Below, one piece after another: positions 9,454 through 19,682 of a DNA stretch of 64,000 nucleotides. Source of the stretch: Candidatus Bathyarchaeia archaeon (GTDB lineage Archaea > Thermoproteota > Bathyarchaeia > Bathyarchaeales > Bathycorpusculaceae); contig JBEKSS010000003.1 in assembly GCA_049516875.1 (NCBI GenBank), positions 174,759-238,758 on the forward strand, read 5' to 3'. The first letter of the stretch is position 1; every line of letters starts with the position of its first letter. A model generated the notes under the pieces. The model ran no database searches, was not told where the DNA came from, and saw only the letters and a program-made list of their open reading frames with translations. Made by a program: the position numbers and the translations under genes.

Positions 9454-10400
9454 TCGCCAGCATGAGATTGAATAATGGAAGGGGAGATATCGAAATGAAA
9501 GTGAAATTCCTTGGTAAGCGCAAGAGAATTGTGCATGTTGTGAGATTTGTGAAGGCTGTTTCAACCGTTGTTGCAGTTTTGTTGATGATAGCTATCGCCG
9601 TGATCGCCTCGCTCGTGGCCTACTTCTGGGTGACGGGATACTTTAAAACAACCAGCACAAAAATCAGCAAAGCCATACAGATAGAGAATGCATACTACAC
9701 TGGCCAATATCTTGGCGTCTACGTGGAGAACATCGGTCAAGGCAAAGCCACGTTAATCGCGAATCAATGCCTTTACGTTGACGGAGCACTACGAACGTCA
9801 GCAAACGTAAACCCAGGCAAACTGCAGGAGACTTCATATATGTTGCAGGAAAGCGACATCGCATTGGTGGTTGACGCTATCTCCCTGAACTTGGGTCAGA
9901 CTATCAAGATTAAAATCGTCACATCTGAAGGGACTTTTGTTGAATATTCATTCACGATTAACACATTCCAGGGACAGAATCCGTATTCACTTGCCCTATT
10001 TGCTAACCCACCTGCTGGAGGCTCTGTGGCGGCGGACAACAATGGACCCTACAGCTACGGCGACGTGGTCGAATTGACGGCTAACCCCGCTGCAGGATGG
10101 AGCTTCTCAGGCTGGAGCGGAGACGCTTCTGGGTCTACAAACCCAATTAGCATCGTGATCAATGGCACCAATACGGTGACTGCCACTTTCACTCAGAACG
10201 AATATGCGTTGACATTGGACATAGTCGGCGGCGGTTCAGTGTCCAAGCTTCCTGACAAGGCAACCTACCATTCCGGTGATTCTGTCCAACTGCAGGCGAA
10301 TGCTGCTTCGGGCTGGACTTTCTCCGGATGGAGCGGGGACTTGACTGGCACAACCAACCCAAGCTCGGTCGTCATAGATGAGACTCCAGAAGTGACTGCG

Positions 10401-10819
10401 ACCTTCACTCAGAACCAGTACACGCTAACGGTTAATATGGATCCATTAGGAAGCGGCCTTGTTTCATTGAACAACACTGGACCCTACTACTACGGCGATG
10501 TGGTCGAATTGACGGCTAACCCCACCGTGGGCTGGAGCTTCTCAGGCTGGAGTCAAGATCTGACTGGGTCCATGAACCCTGGTGGGCTGGAGCTTCTCAG
10601 GCTGGAGTCAAGATCTGACTGGGTCCATGAACCCTGCGACCATTCTGATCGACGGTGGCAAGACTGTTACCGCTACCTTCACTCAGAACCAGTACACGTT
10701 AACGGTTAATGTGGATCCATTAGGAAGCGGCCTTGTTTCATTGAACAACACTGGACCCTACTACTACGGCGATGTGGTCGAATTGACGGCTAACCCCACC
10801 GTGGGCTGGAGCTTCTCAG
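10401..10819 (+). repeat. Near-identical ~145-bp intragenic repeats (10401-10545 and 10675-10819)
   Basis: Offset of 274 = 219 (one 73-aa domain) + 55 (the duplication). Confidence 0.9.
10527..10636 (+). repeat. Perfect 55-bp tandem duplication
   Basis: gtgggctggagcttctcaggctggagtcaagatctgactgggtccatgaaccctg x2. Confidence 0.97.
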
Positions 10820-13343
10820 CATGGAGCGGAGACGTGGGTGGTAGCAACAATCCCGAGAACATACTCATCGATGGGGACAAGAGTGTCAATGCAGCATTCA
10901 GTCAGCAGACACGGGTCATCCATGCTTCTGCCGGCCCTCACGGGCTCATTTCGCCTTCTGGAGACGTAACTGTCACCTACGGGGGCGACCAAGATTTCAC
11001 GTTCACCCCAGAAGCGGGATACAGCGTTGAGGATGTGCTGGTTGACTTCGTATCGCAGGGTCCATCGGACTACTACAACTTCACGAACGTCGTCGCGGAA
11101 CGCTGGATATCAGTCTCCTTTGTGCCGAGCACGTACACCATCACCGCTTCTTATGGACCTGGCGGAACAATTGATCCGTCGGGATCGGTGTCCGTTGGCT
11201 ATGGCAATGACCAGGCCTTTGTCATCACGCCTAACGTGGGCTTCCACATTGGAAATGTCCTGGTTGACGGTGGCTCGATAGGTGTCCCAAGCGGATACAC
11301 GTTCTACTCTGTTACAGCTGATCACACGATACAAGCCTTCTTTGCTCTGGACGTGTACACGTTGACGGTCAATGTGAATCCACTAGGAGCTGGCATTGTT
11401 TCATTGAACAACACTGGGCCCTACCACTATGGCGACTGGGTTCAGCTGACTGCTAATGGCAACCCTGGCTGGAGCTTTTCAGGCTGGAGCGGGGACGCGT
11501 CTGGATCTGCGGGTTCCACAGTTATTCTTATGGACGGCGATAAGACTGTTAACGCAGCTTTCACTCAGATTGAGTACACGTTGACGGTTACCACGATTGG
11601 CAACGGCGTTGGCACCGTGACCAAGACTCCGGACCTAGCTACATATCACTACGGTGACAGTGTTCAACTTAACGCTGCAGCTAATGTTGGTTCCTACTTT
11701 GCAGGTTGGAGTGGCGACCTCTCTGGTATGACTAGCCCTGTCAACATTACGATAGACGGCAACAAGGCGGTAAATGCAAACTTCACCCGTACTCAGGTTC
11801 AAGTGTCGTTTGTTGCAGAGCCATCAGGAAGGGGCACGACGAGTCCAACAGGAACTCAGACATATGATTTGGGACAAACCGTTTCAATATCTGCTATTGA
11901 CACCAACGCTAGCGATAGTTATGCATTCGGCTACTGGAGTGCAACAGGATCGATAACCTTCGGGAACTCATCAGCGGCATCCACGACAGCGGTCATGAAC
12001 AGTGCAGGTACGATAACAGCCCACTTTAGAATCCCAACCTCAATCAAGTGGATAAACACCCCAGCAACCTTAACCATCGGCGATACCGAGACTATCTATG
12101 GTCAACTTGTTGAATACGGCTACACCGGCTATCTGAATATCGACAATCCGACGGCGATGAACGGCAAGACGATCTCTTTAGTCTACACGAGACCGAACGG
12201 TACCACTTTCACTAGAACCGACACAACTGGAGTTTATATTCTCTTTTGGAACGGCGTCTTCTCTGATAGCTACGTGCCCGATGCTGTTGGAACTTGGCAC
12301 GTATACGCTCGTTTCGACGGAGATGGAACATTCAACGCAAGTGTGAGCACAACTGGCAGCTTCACGGTGACGCAAAGCTCGACATCGCTGACCTGCACCG
12401 TTTCCCCCACAACCATACAAATGGGCAGTACAGTAACAGTCTCAGGCACCCTGACCGATTCGAGCAGCAACGGAGTACCCAGCAAAACCGTCACTCTGAC
12501 CTTCACTAGACCCAATAGTTCAACAATCCTCGTAAACGTAACGACTAGTACCTCGGGCTCCTACACGTACACGTTTGCCCCTGATGCCATTGGACAATGG
12601 AGCGTTCATTCCACATGGGCCGGAGATGCAAACTATCAACCATCCACAAGTCCAACCCAACAGTTCACAGTCGAGCCCCGCCATGTGACTTTTGTTTCTG
12701 CTGGAACAGGTTCGGGGACAACAAGCAACCCATCGCCAGCATATCCTTCAGGCTTAGCAGCCAACGACCTAATCCTATTACAAGTTACCGTAAGAGACAC
12801 AACCAATACTCCAACAACACCAGCTGGCTTCACTTTACTGTATGGACCCGACTCCACAGGAACAGGAAGACAGTGGATCTACTACAAGTTTGCCACTGGA
12901 ACTGAATCTGGAACAATAACCATCACCATCAGCGGTAGCAATTGCAAGATAGCGAGAATGTATGCTTTCAGAAACGTGGCTCTCTCAAGCTTCACTGAAG
13001 GCGGAGGCTTTGGTTCTGGAACTAGTAGGACAATTTCAGCACAGTCAGTAACTACAACTGGTACTGGACGACTTACCGTTTCATTTGTCTTTGTGAACAA
13101 TGATAACTCTGTTGGAAGCTTTACGGGAGAAGCAGGCGGAGACTGGACTGAAGCTGTGTCGGAATTCACAACGAGCGCTGGAAGTAACGGGTGTGTTCAG
13201 CTTCAAACTGCAACTATGGCAAGTGCTGGAACAATTTCTGGTGGAAGCTACGATATGGGTTCTGGCAACTCAGACCCTTGGGGCGTAAGAGCGTTTGCAC
13301 TAATACCCTCGCCCTAAACTATGAACTCTCAGAAAAGCTAAAA

Positions 13344-13371
13344 GGACGACGACCCAATCGTCCATTTTTTT
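13344..13371 (+). terminator. Hairpin plus T-run after the adhesin gene
   Basis: ggacga...tcgtcc stem followed by ttttttt. Confidence 0.5.
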
Positions 13372-14087
13372 GTTAACTTGAAATTCGCATGAGAATATTG
13401 TCTTCTTGACTCTTTGCCAATGATGATTTACCTATGATAACTCAAGGCTTGAACTGCTCTACCTGCAGAATAGCATAAACAGCAAAAGCATTTCAAGCCT
13501 CCAGACGCTTAACAAGTAGCACTCTCTTGCGCCAGAACTTTATCCGTTGTTCCAAACACGCGCGCGCTCTACTAGTTTGATGCCATAGGATATCTCTCTT
13601 CCAGACAGCCATCCATTCAAGAGATGGCGATCATACTTTACTGATTCGTAGCCAGTTACTGACAATTGGTAGAGTATCCGCACGCGTCACATCTGTCACA
13701 TGATCGATCGATGAACTGGGATCTCCAAGGGGGTGGAAGGGTATGCAAAGATAGTATATATACTAGATTCGCGCGAGCTAAGATTGGGCAATGATTGCGA
13801 ATGTGGCAAAGCAAGCACTGTAAACACCTACTTCACTGGCGTCCCGATTTTTTCATCATTTTTTAAGTTCAAAATTGGCTGTTCTCTCTAGCTATTTTTA
13901 TGTCAAAATATGGAATCTTGAATTTTGAAGCGACCACACCCTGGAGATTGTTCTTGAAGCAAGAGTGCAATTCCTCTGGGTTTCTATTATTTGCCAACTA
14001 TTCTTAAATACGCAAAGGACAGAGTTATACGCGGTGTCATACGTCATGAATCATGCGTTCAACGGGAGAATTGTATTCTCTGCGAAC

Positions 14088-15629
14088 ATGCGGAAGCTAG
14101 GGTTCGCTTCCAGCTTACTGGCTACTGTTCTGCTGTTGCTAGTTCTGTCTGCAATGCTCCCTAGAATACAAGCTTCAGGCAATGATGATTGGCCGATGTT
14201 TCATCACGATTTGCAACACAGCGGCTACTCCACATCCACGGCTCCAAACACGAACTACAAACTGTGGAATTACACAACAGGCGGTTGGGTTTCTTCTTCG
14301 CCAGCGGCGGTCCACGGAGAAATCTACGTAGGATCCAACGACAATGAGATCTACTGCTTGAACGCTTCGACAGGAGCATTGATATGGAATTTCACAACAG
14401 GCGGTCCAGTTAGCTCTTCACCAGCCGTTGCTGACGACAGAGTGTACGTTGGATCCACGGGCAGCCAAGTCTACTGCTTGAACGCTTCGACAGGAGCATT
14501 GATATGGAATTTCACAACAGGCGGTCCAGTTAGCTCTTCACCAGCCGTTGCTGACGACAGAGTGTACGTTGGATCCTTCGACGGAAATGTCTACTGTTTA
14601 GACGCTTCCAATGGGGCACTAACGTGGAATTATGCAACAGGCGGTTTCATTGTTTGCTCTCCTGCTGTCGCCTATGGTAACGTGTACGCGGGATCAGGGG
14701 ATAAGAACGTTTATTGTTTGAACGCTTCGACAGGAGCATTCGTGTGGAACTTCACAACAGGTGCAGGAGTTTTTTCTTCACCTGCAATTTTCAACGGCAA
14801 TGTGTACATAGGATCCGATGACAACAGAATCTACTGCTTGAACGCCTCGACAGGAGCGTTGATATGGAAAGTTTCCACGGGTGGTTTGGTCGAATCCTCT
14901 CCAGCTGTCAGCTACGGCTATGTGTACTTCGGATCTTACGACAGAAACGTTTATTGTTTGAACGCTTCGACAGGAGCATTAATATGGAACTTCACAACAG
15001 GCGCTGAGGTTTTTTCTTCGCCGGCTGTTGCTTACGGCAACGTGTATGTAGGGTCCTTCGACAGGAATATTTACTGCTTAAATGCCTCCACGGGAGCATT
15101 GGTGTGGAACTACACAACGAATGATGAGATCAATGGCTCTCCCGCCATAGCCTATGGTAACGTCTACATAGCATCTGGAGATTACAAGATTTACTGCTTC
15201 GCTTTTGTCGATATAACTCCTCCAAACATCACGGGTGTGTCTCAAGCTCCGCCCAAAAACAATGTTTCGTCACAAGATATAGTTGAGGTCAACGCCACCG
15301 TCACCGACGACGCAAGCGGAGTGAAGGAAGTCACTCTGAGCTACGCCAGCAACAATGGAGCATGGACAAACGTCACTATGTCAAACCTCTTGGAAAACGT
15401 GTGGAGCGCCAGCATACCAGCGTTTCCGTACGGCACAAACGTAACGTACATAATCATAGCACAAGATAACGCAGGCAACGCGATAACAACTCTAGGAACA
15501 GCTTACGAACATCAATACGTGGTGATCCCTGAGTTTCCAACTCCAACAATAGCGCTACCATTATTCATGATATTCACACTGCTAGCAGTCGGATTTCGCA
15601 GAAGAAAACAACTCAGACACCAGAACTGA
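14088..15629 (+). CDS. Secreted PQQ-like beta-propeller repeat protein with Ig-like domain and PEF-CTERM sorting signal
   Basis: Signal peptide, WPMFHHD..HSG, eight 40-aa 'SSPAV...VYVGS.D..VYCLNASTG..IW' repeats, and a C-terminal IPEFP + TM + RRRK. Start taken at ATG 14088. Confidence 0.92.
   Translation: MRKLGFASSLLATVLLLLVLSAMLPRIQASGNDDWPMFHHDLQHSGYSTSTAPNTNYKLWNYTTGGWVSSSPAAVHGEIYVGSNDNEIYCLNASTGALIWNFTTGGPVSSSPAVADDRVYVGSTGSQVYCLNASTGALIWNFTTGGPVSSSPAVADDRVYVGSFDGNVYCLDASNGALTWNYATGGFIVCSPAVAYGNVYAGSGDKNVYCLNASTGAFVWNFTTGAGVFSSPAIFNGNVYIGSDDNRIYCLNASTGALIWKVSTGGLVESSPAVSYGYVYFGSYDRNVYCLNASTGALIWNFTTGAEVFSSPAVAYGNVYVGSFDRNIYCLNASTGALVWNYTTNDEINGSPAIAYGNVYIASGDYKIYCFAFVDITPPNITGVSQAPPKNNVSSQDIVEVNATVTDDASGVKEVTLSYASNNGAWTNVTMSNLLENVWSASIPAFPYGTNVTYIIIAQDNAGNAITTLGTAYEHQYVVIPEFPTPTIALPLFMIFTLLAVGFRRRKQLRHQN
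14350..14576 (+). repeat. Identical 107-bp copies (120-bp period) within the propeller gene
   Basis: 14350-14456 equals 14470-14576. Confidence 0.93.
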
Positions 15630-15664
15630 AGCAAACCGCTGAACCAGGAGCAGACGACCAGTCT

Positions 15665-15925
15665 GCTCAGGCACAGGCAAGCCTGCTTGCCGCAATCTTG
15701 TCGGAAACCCTGACCACTAAATCGCCGTCTATCGCAGTTCTCGGCAAACCGTAGAAACTTGCCGCCAAAGTCCCAGAAAACGCATAATCAAGTCCAACAG
15801 TTCCAAAAGCCTTGGCCAATCGCCTGATCAAACGTGATGAGCTTCCACCCTAATTCACGTGTCAGCCTCGTGTTTCCACCTGTTTCCCACTTCAAGCCTC
15901 TCCTCCACATCCCGACTCCGAGACG
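15665..15925 (-). pseudogene. Decayed copy of the nucleotidyltransferase TA pair at 18483-19305
   Basis: For example ctcggcaaaccgtagaaacttgccgccaa vs ctcggcaaaccgtaaaaacttgctgccaa, and cacatcccgactccgaga vs cacatcccgactgcgaga; indels break the frames. Confidence 0.8.
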
Positions 15926-16144
15926 CGCTCTCTCTCGCGCTAATGAGCTACCTCGGCAGCTTTTCACGCTTGGCACTCGAATCCAAAATGAACAAACTTT
16001 TACGTGGATAACACTCGCGACCACCTATAATCTACGCGCGATGTCTCACGATAGGACGTAGCTTGTTCACTCCAAAGACGATAGAAGAGTGTTCCATAAG
16101 TGTTAATTCTTCGAATTTGCCCTTCTATGTCAGTAGAGGGGAGA

Positions 16145-17245
16145 ATGTTGAGGAGAGCAGTGTCTTCAGCACTTTTGATTCTTCTAATTATCAGCATATT
16201 GTCCTTGGGCGTTGTTCCAGGCACACGCTTGAACGAGGTATCAGCTTCTCATGAATGCCGGCTCTGGGGGATCACCTCGACTTCACTTTCCTCGTATGTG
16301 GTTCTGAACCAACTGATCTACCTGCCTAATTCGCTAAAGGCTCTTGGAGCTAGCAATCCGAACGGATGGGGCCTCGGCTTCTACAACAACACCGAACCAA
16401 CCGTCCTGAGGGGTCAGTCTGCTGCCAACACGGACCCGAACTTCGATTTGGCCGCGAGTGAGGTCGCGGGAAGTGGGGCGATAATAGCCGTTGGCCACGT
16501 CAGAAGAGCCTCTTCTGGACTTGTGAACATACCCGATCCGCACCCGTTTGAACGCTATAAGGACGGCAAGTGGTGGTTGTTCTGCCACAACGGCGGGATC
16601 GACAAGACCATCCTCATTAATCTTATCGGAACAGAATATTTGGCGCAGAATCCACCTTCCGTTGGCAGCAACCAAGGCGAATGGATAGACTCAGAACTCT
16701 ACTTCATCTACATACTGAAGTGCTGTGAGCAGAGCAACTGGAACGTCCAAGAAGGAATAACGAAGGCGATAGTGGGCATCTGCAACGCAGTTTCAGGAAC
16801 AGGTGAAACGTTGAACTTCCTCCTAACGGATGGACAAACGCTATGGGGCTTCAGCAAGGGAAACACCCTCTATTACTACCGTGACCCGCAATACCTGGCA
16901 ATCGCCTCTCAATACCCTACGGCCTCTCATGGAGCATGGATGACCGTAAGCGACTTCTACTTAGTTACGCTCTTCAGAGGCAACGCGCCCTCTGTACAGC
17001 GCCTGTGTTACAGTGTAACGGCACTCGTGAAGGACTCTTCGACCGGAAGGTCTGTTTCCCAAGCCAATGTGACTCTTGATGGTGCCTATATCGGAATGAC
17101 GGATAGCTCTGGCAAGCTTTTCCTGCAAGCCGTAGCGCCAGGATCGCACACTCTAACCGTCACTAAGACGGGATATTACAACGCCGCAGCCTCAATAAAC
17201 GTCACATCTGACGTGACAGCAACGGTGCGCTTGAAGAGGAAGTGA
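16145..17245 (+). CDS. Secreted class II glutamine amidotransferase / Ntn-hydrolase (EgtC/YafJ/Dug3-like) with C-terminal carboxypeptidase-regulatory/PEGA-like domain
   Basis: Signal peptide, then HE-CRLWG, NPNGWGLGFY, GHVRRAS, HPF, FCHNGGI, DSELYF and LNFLLTDG. Confidence 0.85.
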   Translation: MLRRAVSSALLILLIISILSLGVVPGTRLNEVSASHECRLWGITSTSLSSYVVLNQLIYLPNSLKALGASNPNGWGLGFYNNTEPTVLRGQSAANTDPNFDLAASEVAGSGAIIAVGHVRRASSGLVNIPDPHPFERYKDGKWWLFCHNGGIDKTILINLIGTEYLAQNPPSVGSNQGEWIDSELYFIYILKCCEQSNWNVQEGITKAIVGICNAVSGTGETLNFLLTDGQTLWGFSKGNTLYYYRDPQYLAIASQYPTASHGAWMTVSDFYLVTLFRGNAPSVQRLCYSVTALVKDSSTGRSVSQANVTLDGAYIGMTDSSGKLFLQAVAPGSHTLTVTKTGYYNAAASINVTSDVTATVRLKRK

Positions 17246-17369
17246 GTGTCAGAATTAAACGCTAAGAAAACGCGCGCTGTATGTTTGATCGGTTTTCGGC
17301 GTTGAAATACATCCAAGCTTGAAATAATGTCTATAATAGTTCATGTGCATTCTTCACTAGGGTAGTGAG

Positions 17370-17600
17370 ATGGTTAACTGTCCCGAATGTGGAAAGCCCT
17401 TGAAGAAGGGATCAAACGGCCTAAGTAGGTACTATTGCGATAACCAGCGTTGCATCGTTGCATTCGTGCGTTACCCTTTTGAGCCAAACAAAGCTAGGAT
17501 TGCTTACACAGGACTTGCTCGATCGATCTCAGTGAATCCTCCAAGTCAACCTAAATGGACCTCAAGATCGACCGATCATTCAGCTTTCCAAACATTCTAG
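17370..17600 (+). CDS. Small CPxCG zinc-finger protein
   Basis: MVNCPECG...YYCDNQRC. Confidence 0.65.
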   Translation: MVNCPECGKPLKKGSNGLSRYYCDNQRCIVAFVRYPFEPNKARIAYTGLARSISVNPPSQPKWTSRSTDHSAFQTF

Positions 17601-17667
17601 CGCGCGCTAGCCAAAGAGGCTTAATTGAGAACCCAATGCAACGTTAACAAAAAGGAAATGGGAGAAT

Positions 17668-18193
17668 TCAATACCAGTATGTTATCGTCACTGTCTCCGA
17701 GGCACTAGCAAAAAAGTTGTTGTTAATCACTCGGACACCTATGTTGTTTGCGGGAAGAACAGGGAACCATGCTGAACCGCCTGAACCAACGTTTACAGTA
17801 CTGTTATAGTTAACTTCATTCCATGAATATTTCAATTCAACATAGGTGTTCGAATTCGAAGAAGACAGGATGTCTACAACGACATAACCCGCATAGCTTA
17901 CAGAGTAAGACCAAGAAGTATAGGTGTTGGAGGAATTTCCTGCTGGTTGATTTATAGATTCATTATTCACCCAGACCGTTGAATTAGACAGATTAACTAT
18001 GGCAGTAAGCCTATCAATCGTGGAATTATCAAACTTGACTTGGCTTTGAAGGTTGGCTATTTGAGAATCCTTATTGTTTAACACTGATGTATAATCAACT
18101 ACCAGTCCAATCATAGTAACCAATAGAACAATGCACAACACTCCGATTCCTATTGCAACGTTCCTGTTTACAACTTTCTTTTTTTTCACTCAT
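17668..18193 (-). CDS. Membrane-anchored exported protein, paralog of 21181-21690; ATG out of frame through an A8 tract
   Basis: N-terminal TM, short coiled coil and beta domain. ATG 18193 is one base out of frame; an in-frame GTG lies at 18189. Confidence 0.8.
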
Positions 18194-18318
18194 TCTTGAA
18201 TCGCCGTCTTCTCTTTTTGGCCATTACAAATATAACATTTTATGCGGGCCTCTTTCTGAGTTTTCGTGTGTGTCCATGTCTTCTATGGCAACCATCTCTT
18301 TCCTGGAATATGAGAGCA

Positions 18319-18364
18319 GAATCAAAAGCATTGTTCACCATTTTCGGAACAAGCATGCGCGCTA
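18319..18364 (-). mobile_element. Isolated terminal inverted repeat of the TAGCGCGC MITE family
   Basis: Reverse complement matches 36124-36169 at 40/46 positions. Confidence 0.7.
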
Positions 18365-18482
18365 ATGCGACTCTCAATCGGTCTGAGAGCGACACAATTC
18401 TAATCTCATATTTTCTGTCTGACTTATCGGGTAGGTGCGTTTGCTGCGCGCGCTTGACGATTCGTTCTAGACGATAACGTAC

Positions 18483-19037
18483 TCATATATTTCCTTCAGC
18501 AGTCAAGGCTTCAAGAATCGACAGTGTTGTCTCTTCCTTGGCTTTTTTCTTTATCGCTTTAAGATCTACCGCAGTGAACCTCAAAATTGCTCTGACGTCC
18601 TCTTTATCCTTCACGGTCCTCTCCTCTGGCAAAGTTGCCTTGATCATTCGCAGCTTTGCTGAAATCAAGTCTTCAGGCGTCTGGAAAAAGGTTTGAACGC
18701 CGGCAACGGTTCCAGTTCTCTTTTGGAATTTCTTATTCGAAAGTATGACGTCAACACTGTACGCGGTCTTTCTGTCGGCAAACGTCGCAATCCTGTAACC
18801 TGATGTGAGCGCCTTATCGACTTCTTTCTTATCAACGCTCATTCCAGCGCGCTCTAGGGCACAGACAAGCTTGCTTCTCGCGTCCTTGTCGGACACTCGC
18901 ACTACCAGATCGACGTCTGTTGTCGTTCTCGGCAAACCGTAAAAACTTGCTGCCAACGCCCCAGTAAACACGTAATCAAGTCCATCAGTCCCCAAAGCTT
19001 TGACCAGTCGCCTTATCAAACCGTGATAGGCTTCCAT
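18483..19037 (-). CDS. Nucleotidyltransferase toxin (MenT1/AbiEii/DUF6036-like)
   Basis: YVFTGALAASFYGLPRTTTDVDLVV, SVDVIL, PEDLISAKL and KDKEDV motifs. Confidence 0.82.
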   Translation of the reverse strand: MEAYHGLIRRLVKALGTDGLDYVFTGALAASFYGLPRTTTDVDLVVRVSDKDARSKLVCALERAGMSVDKKEVDKALTSGYRIATFADRKTAYSVDVILSNKKFQKRTGTVAGVQTFFQTPEDLISAKLRMIKATLPEERTVKDKEDVRAILRFTAVDLKAIKKKAKEETTLSILEALTAEGNI

Positions 19038-19038
19038 C

Positions 19039-19305
19039 CTACTTCACGCATCCGTCTCCCCTCTGCGACCGTTTCGCCCATCCAAGCCTCTCACGCAGCC
19101 TCTCCTTCAACTCCTCTTCCGTCATGTTCGGATTCTGCGCTCTCATCCCCTCCATACATACGCTGGCCATAGCCTCAGTCAATTCAACCGCCATGTTAAC
19201 CTTCACTCCGGGTTCCAGTCGCCCCAGCCGCTCCATATTCACCCTCCGCACAGGCCCAACTCTCTCCCACACATCCCGACTGCGAGATCTGTGCAACACG
19301 TTCAC
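19039..19305 (-). CDS. Putative antitoxin (MenA1/Rv0078B-like helical protein)
   Basis: Small helical ORF 1 nt upstream of the NTase; 'KVNMAVEL....MEGMRAQNPNMTEEEL' pattern. Confidence 0.65.
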   Translation of the reverse strand: MNVLHRSRSRDVWERVGPVRRVNMERLGRLEPGVKVNMAVELTEAMASVCMEGMRAQNPNMTEEELKERLRERLGWAKRSQRGDGCVK

Positions 19306-19682
19306 CCCACAAAGCTAAACTATGACACATTCCCTTAAGAAACATTCCCTGAAATGTCCAGTCTCAAACAAACACATAGACCATTGAAAACCATAAAATC
19401 GTGGCCAACTCCGAACTTGCTTGGATTCAGAAAACACAAACGACTATCACAGGAACCATCATACTACCTTCTTGAGTCTTCTTTGTAGCGGGCAGGGTGG
19501 GATTTGCACTTCATCCTCACCGGAGATACAGCGCAATAATAGAAAACGTTCACTATGCCGGGCGCTCCGTTTAACCATCCGCTCCTGTCAGCGTCGAAAC
19601 CGAAGCTCGTGTACCAGCGCATTCCCAAGTCACCATATAATTGGAGTGCAAAATTCCTTGTGTCCGCTGCTGCAACGCCGCC

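Larger units (their letters stand above)
9495..13317 (+). pseudogene. Giant pilin-adhesin (pilin N-domain, InlB B-repeat-like tandem repeats, Ig-like domains, C-terminal beta domain), split by a frameshifting 55-bp duplication
   Basis: ORFs 9390-10709 and 10582-13317 overlap. Removing one copy of 10527-10581/10582-10636 gives a single ORF of about 1255 aa with 'GWSFSGWSGD' repeats. Confidence 0.85.

Noticed and set aside
9390-9494. ORF-track N-terminal extension of the pilin-adhesin (similar extensions at 13965, 16100, 37987, 51990, 52112, 59027)
   Set aside because: These extensions overlap promoter or RBS elements or precede the homologous start; downstream starts fit better.
13380-13960. 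Long intergenic gap as an ncRNA or hidden gene
   Set aside because: No convincing ORF, RNA motif or extended structure was found by eye, only GCGCGC-type scars.
14280-15200. 120-bp periodic repeats as a CRISPR array or DGR template/variable repeats
   Set aside because: They are in-frame beta-propeller blades, with no reverse transcriptase and no adenine-specific variation.
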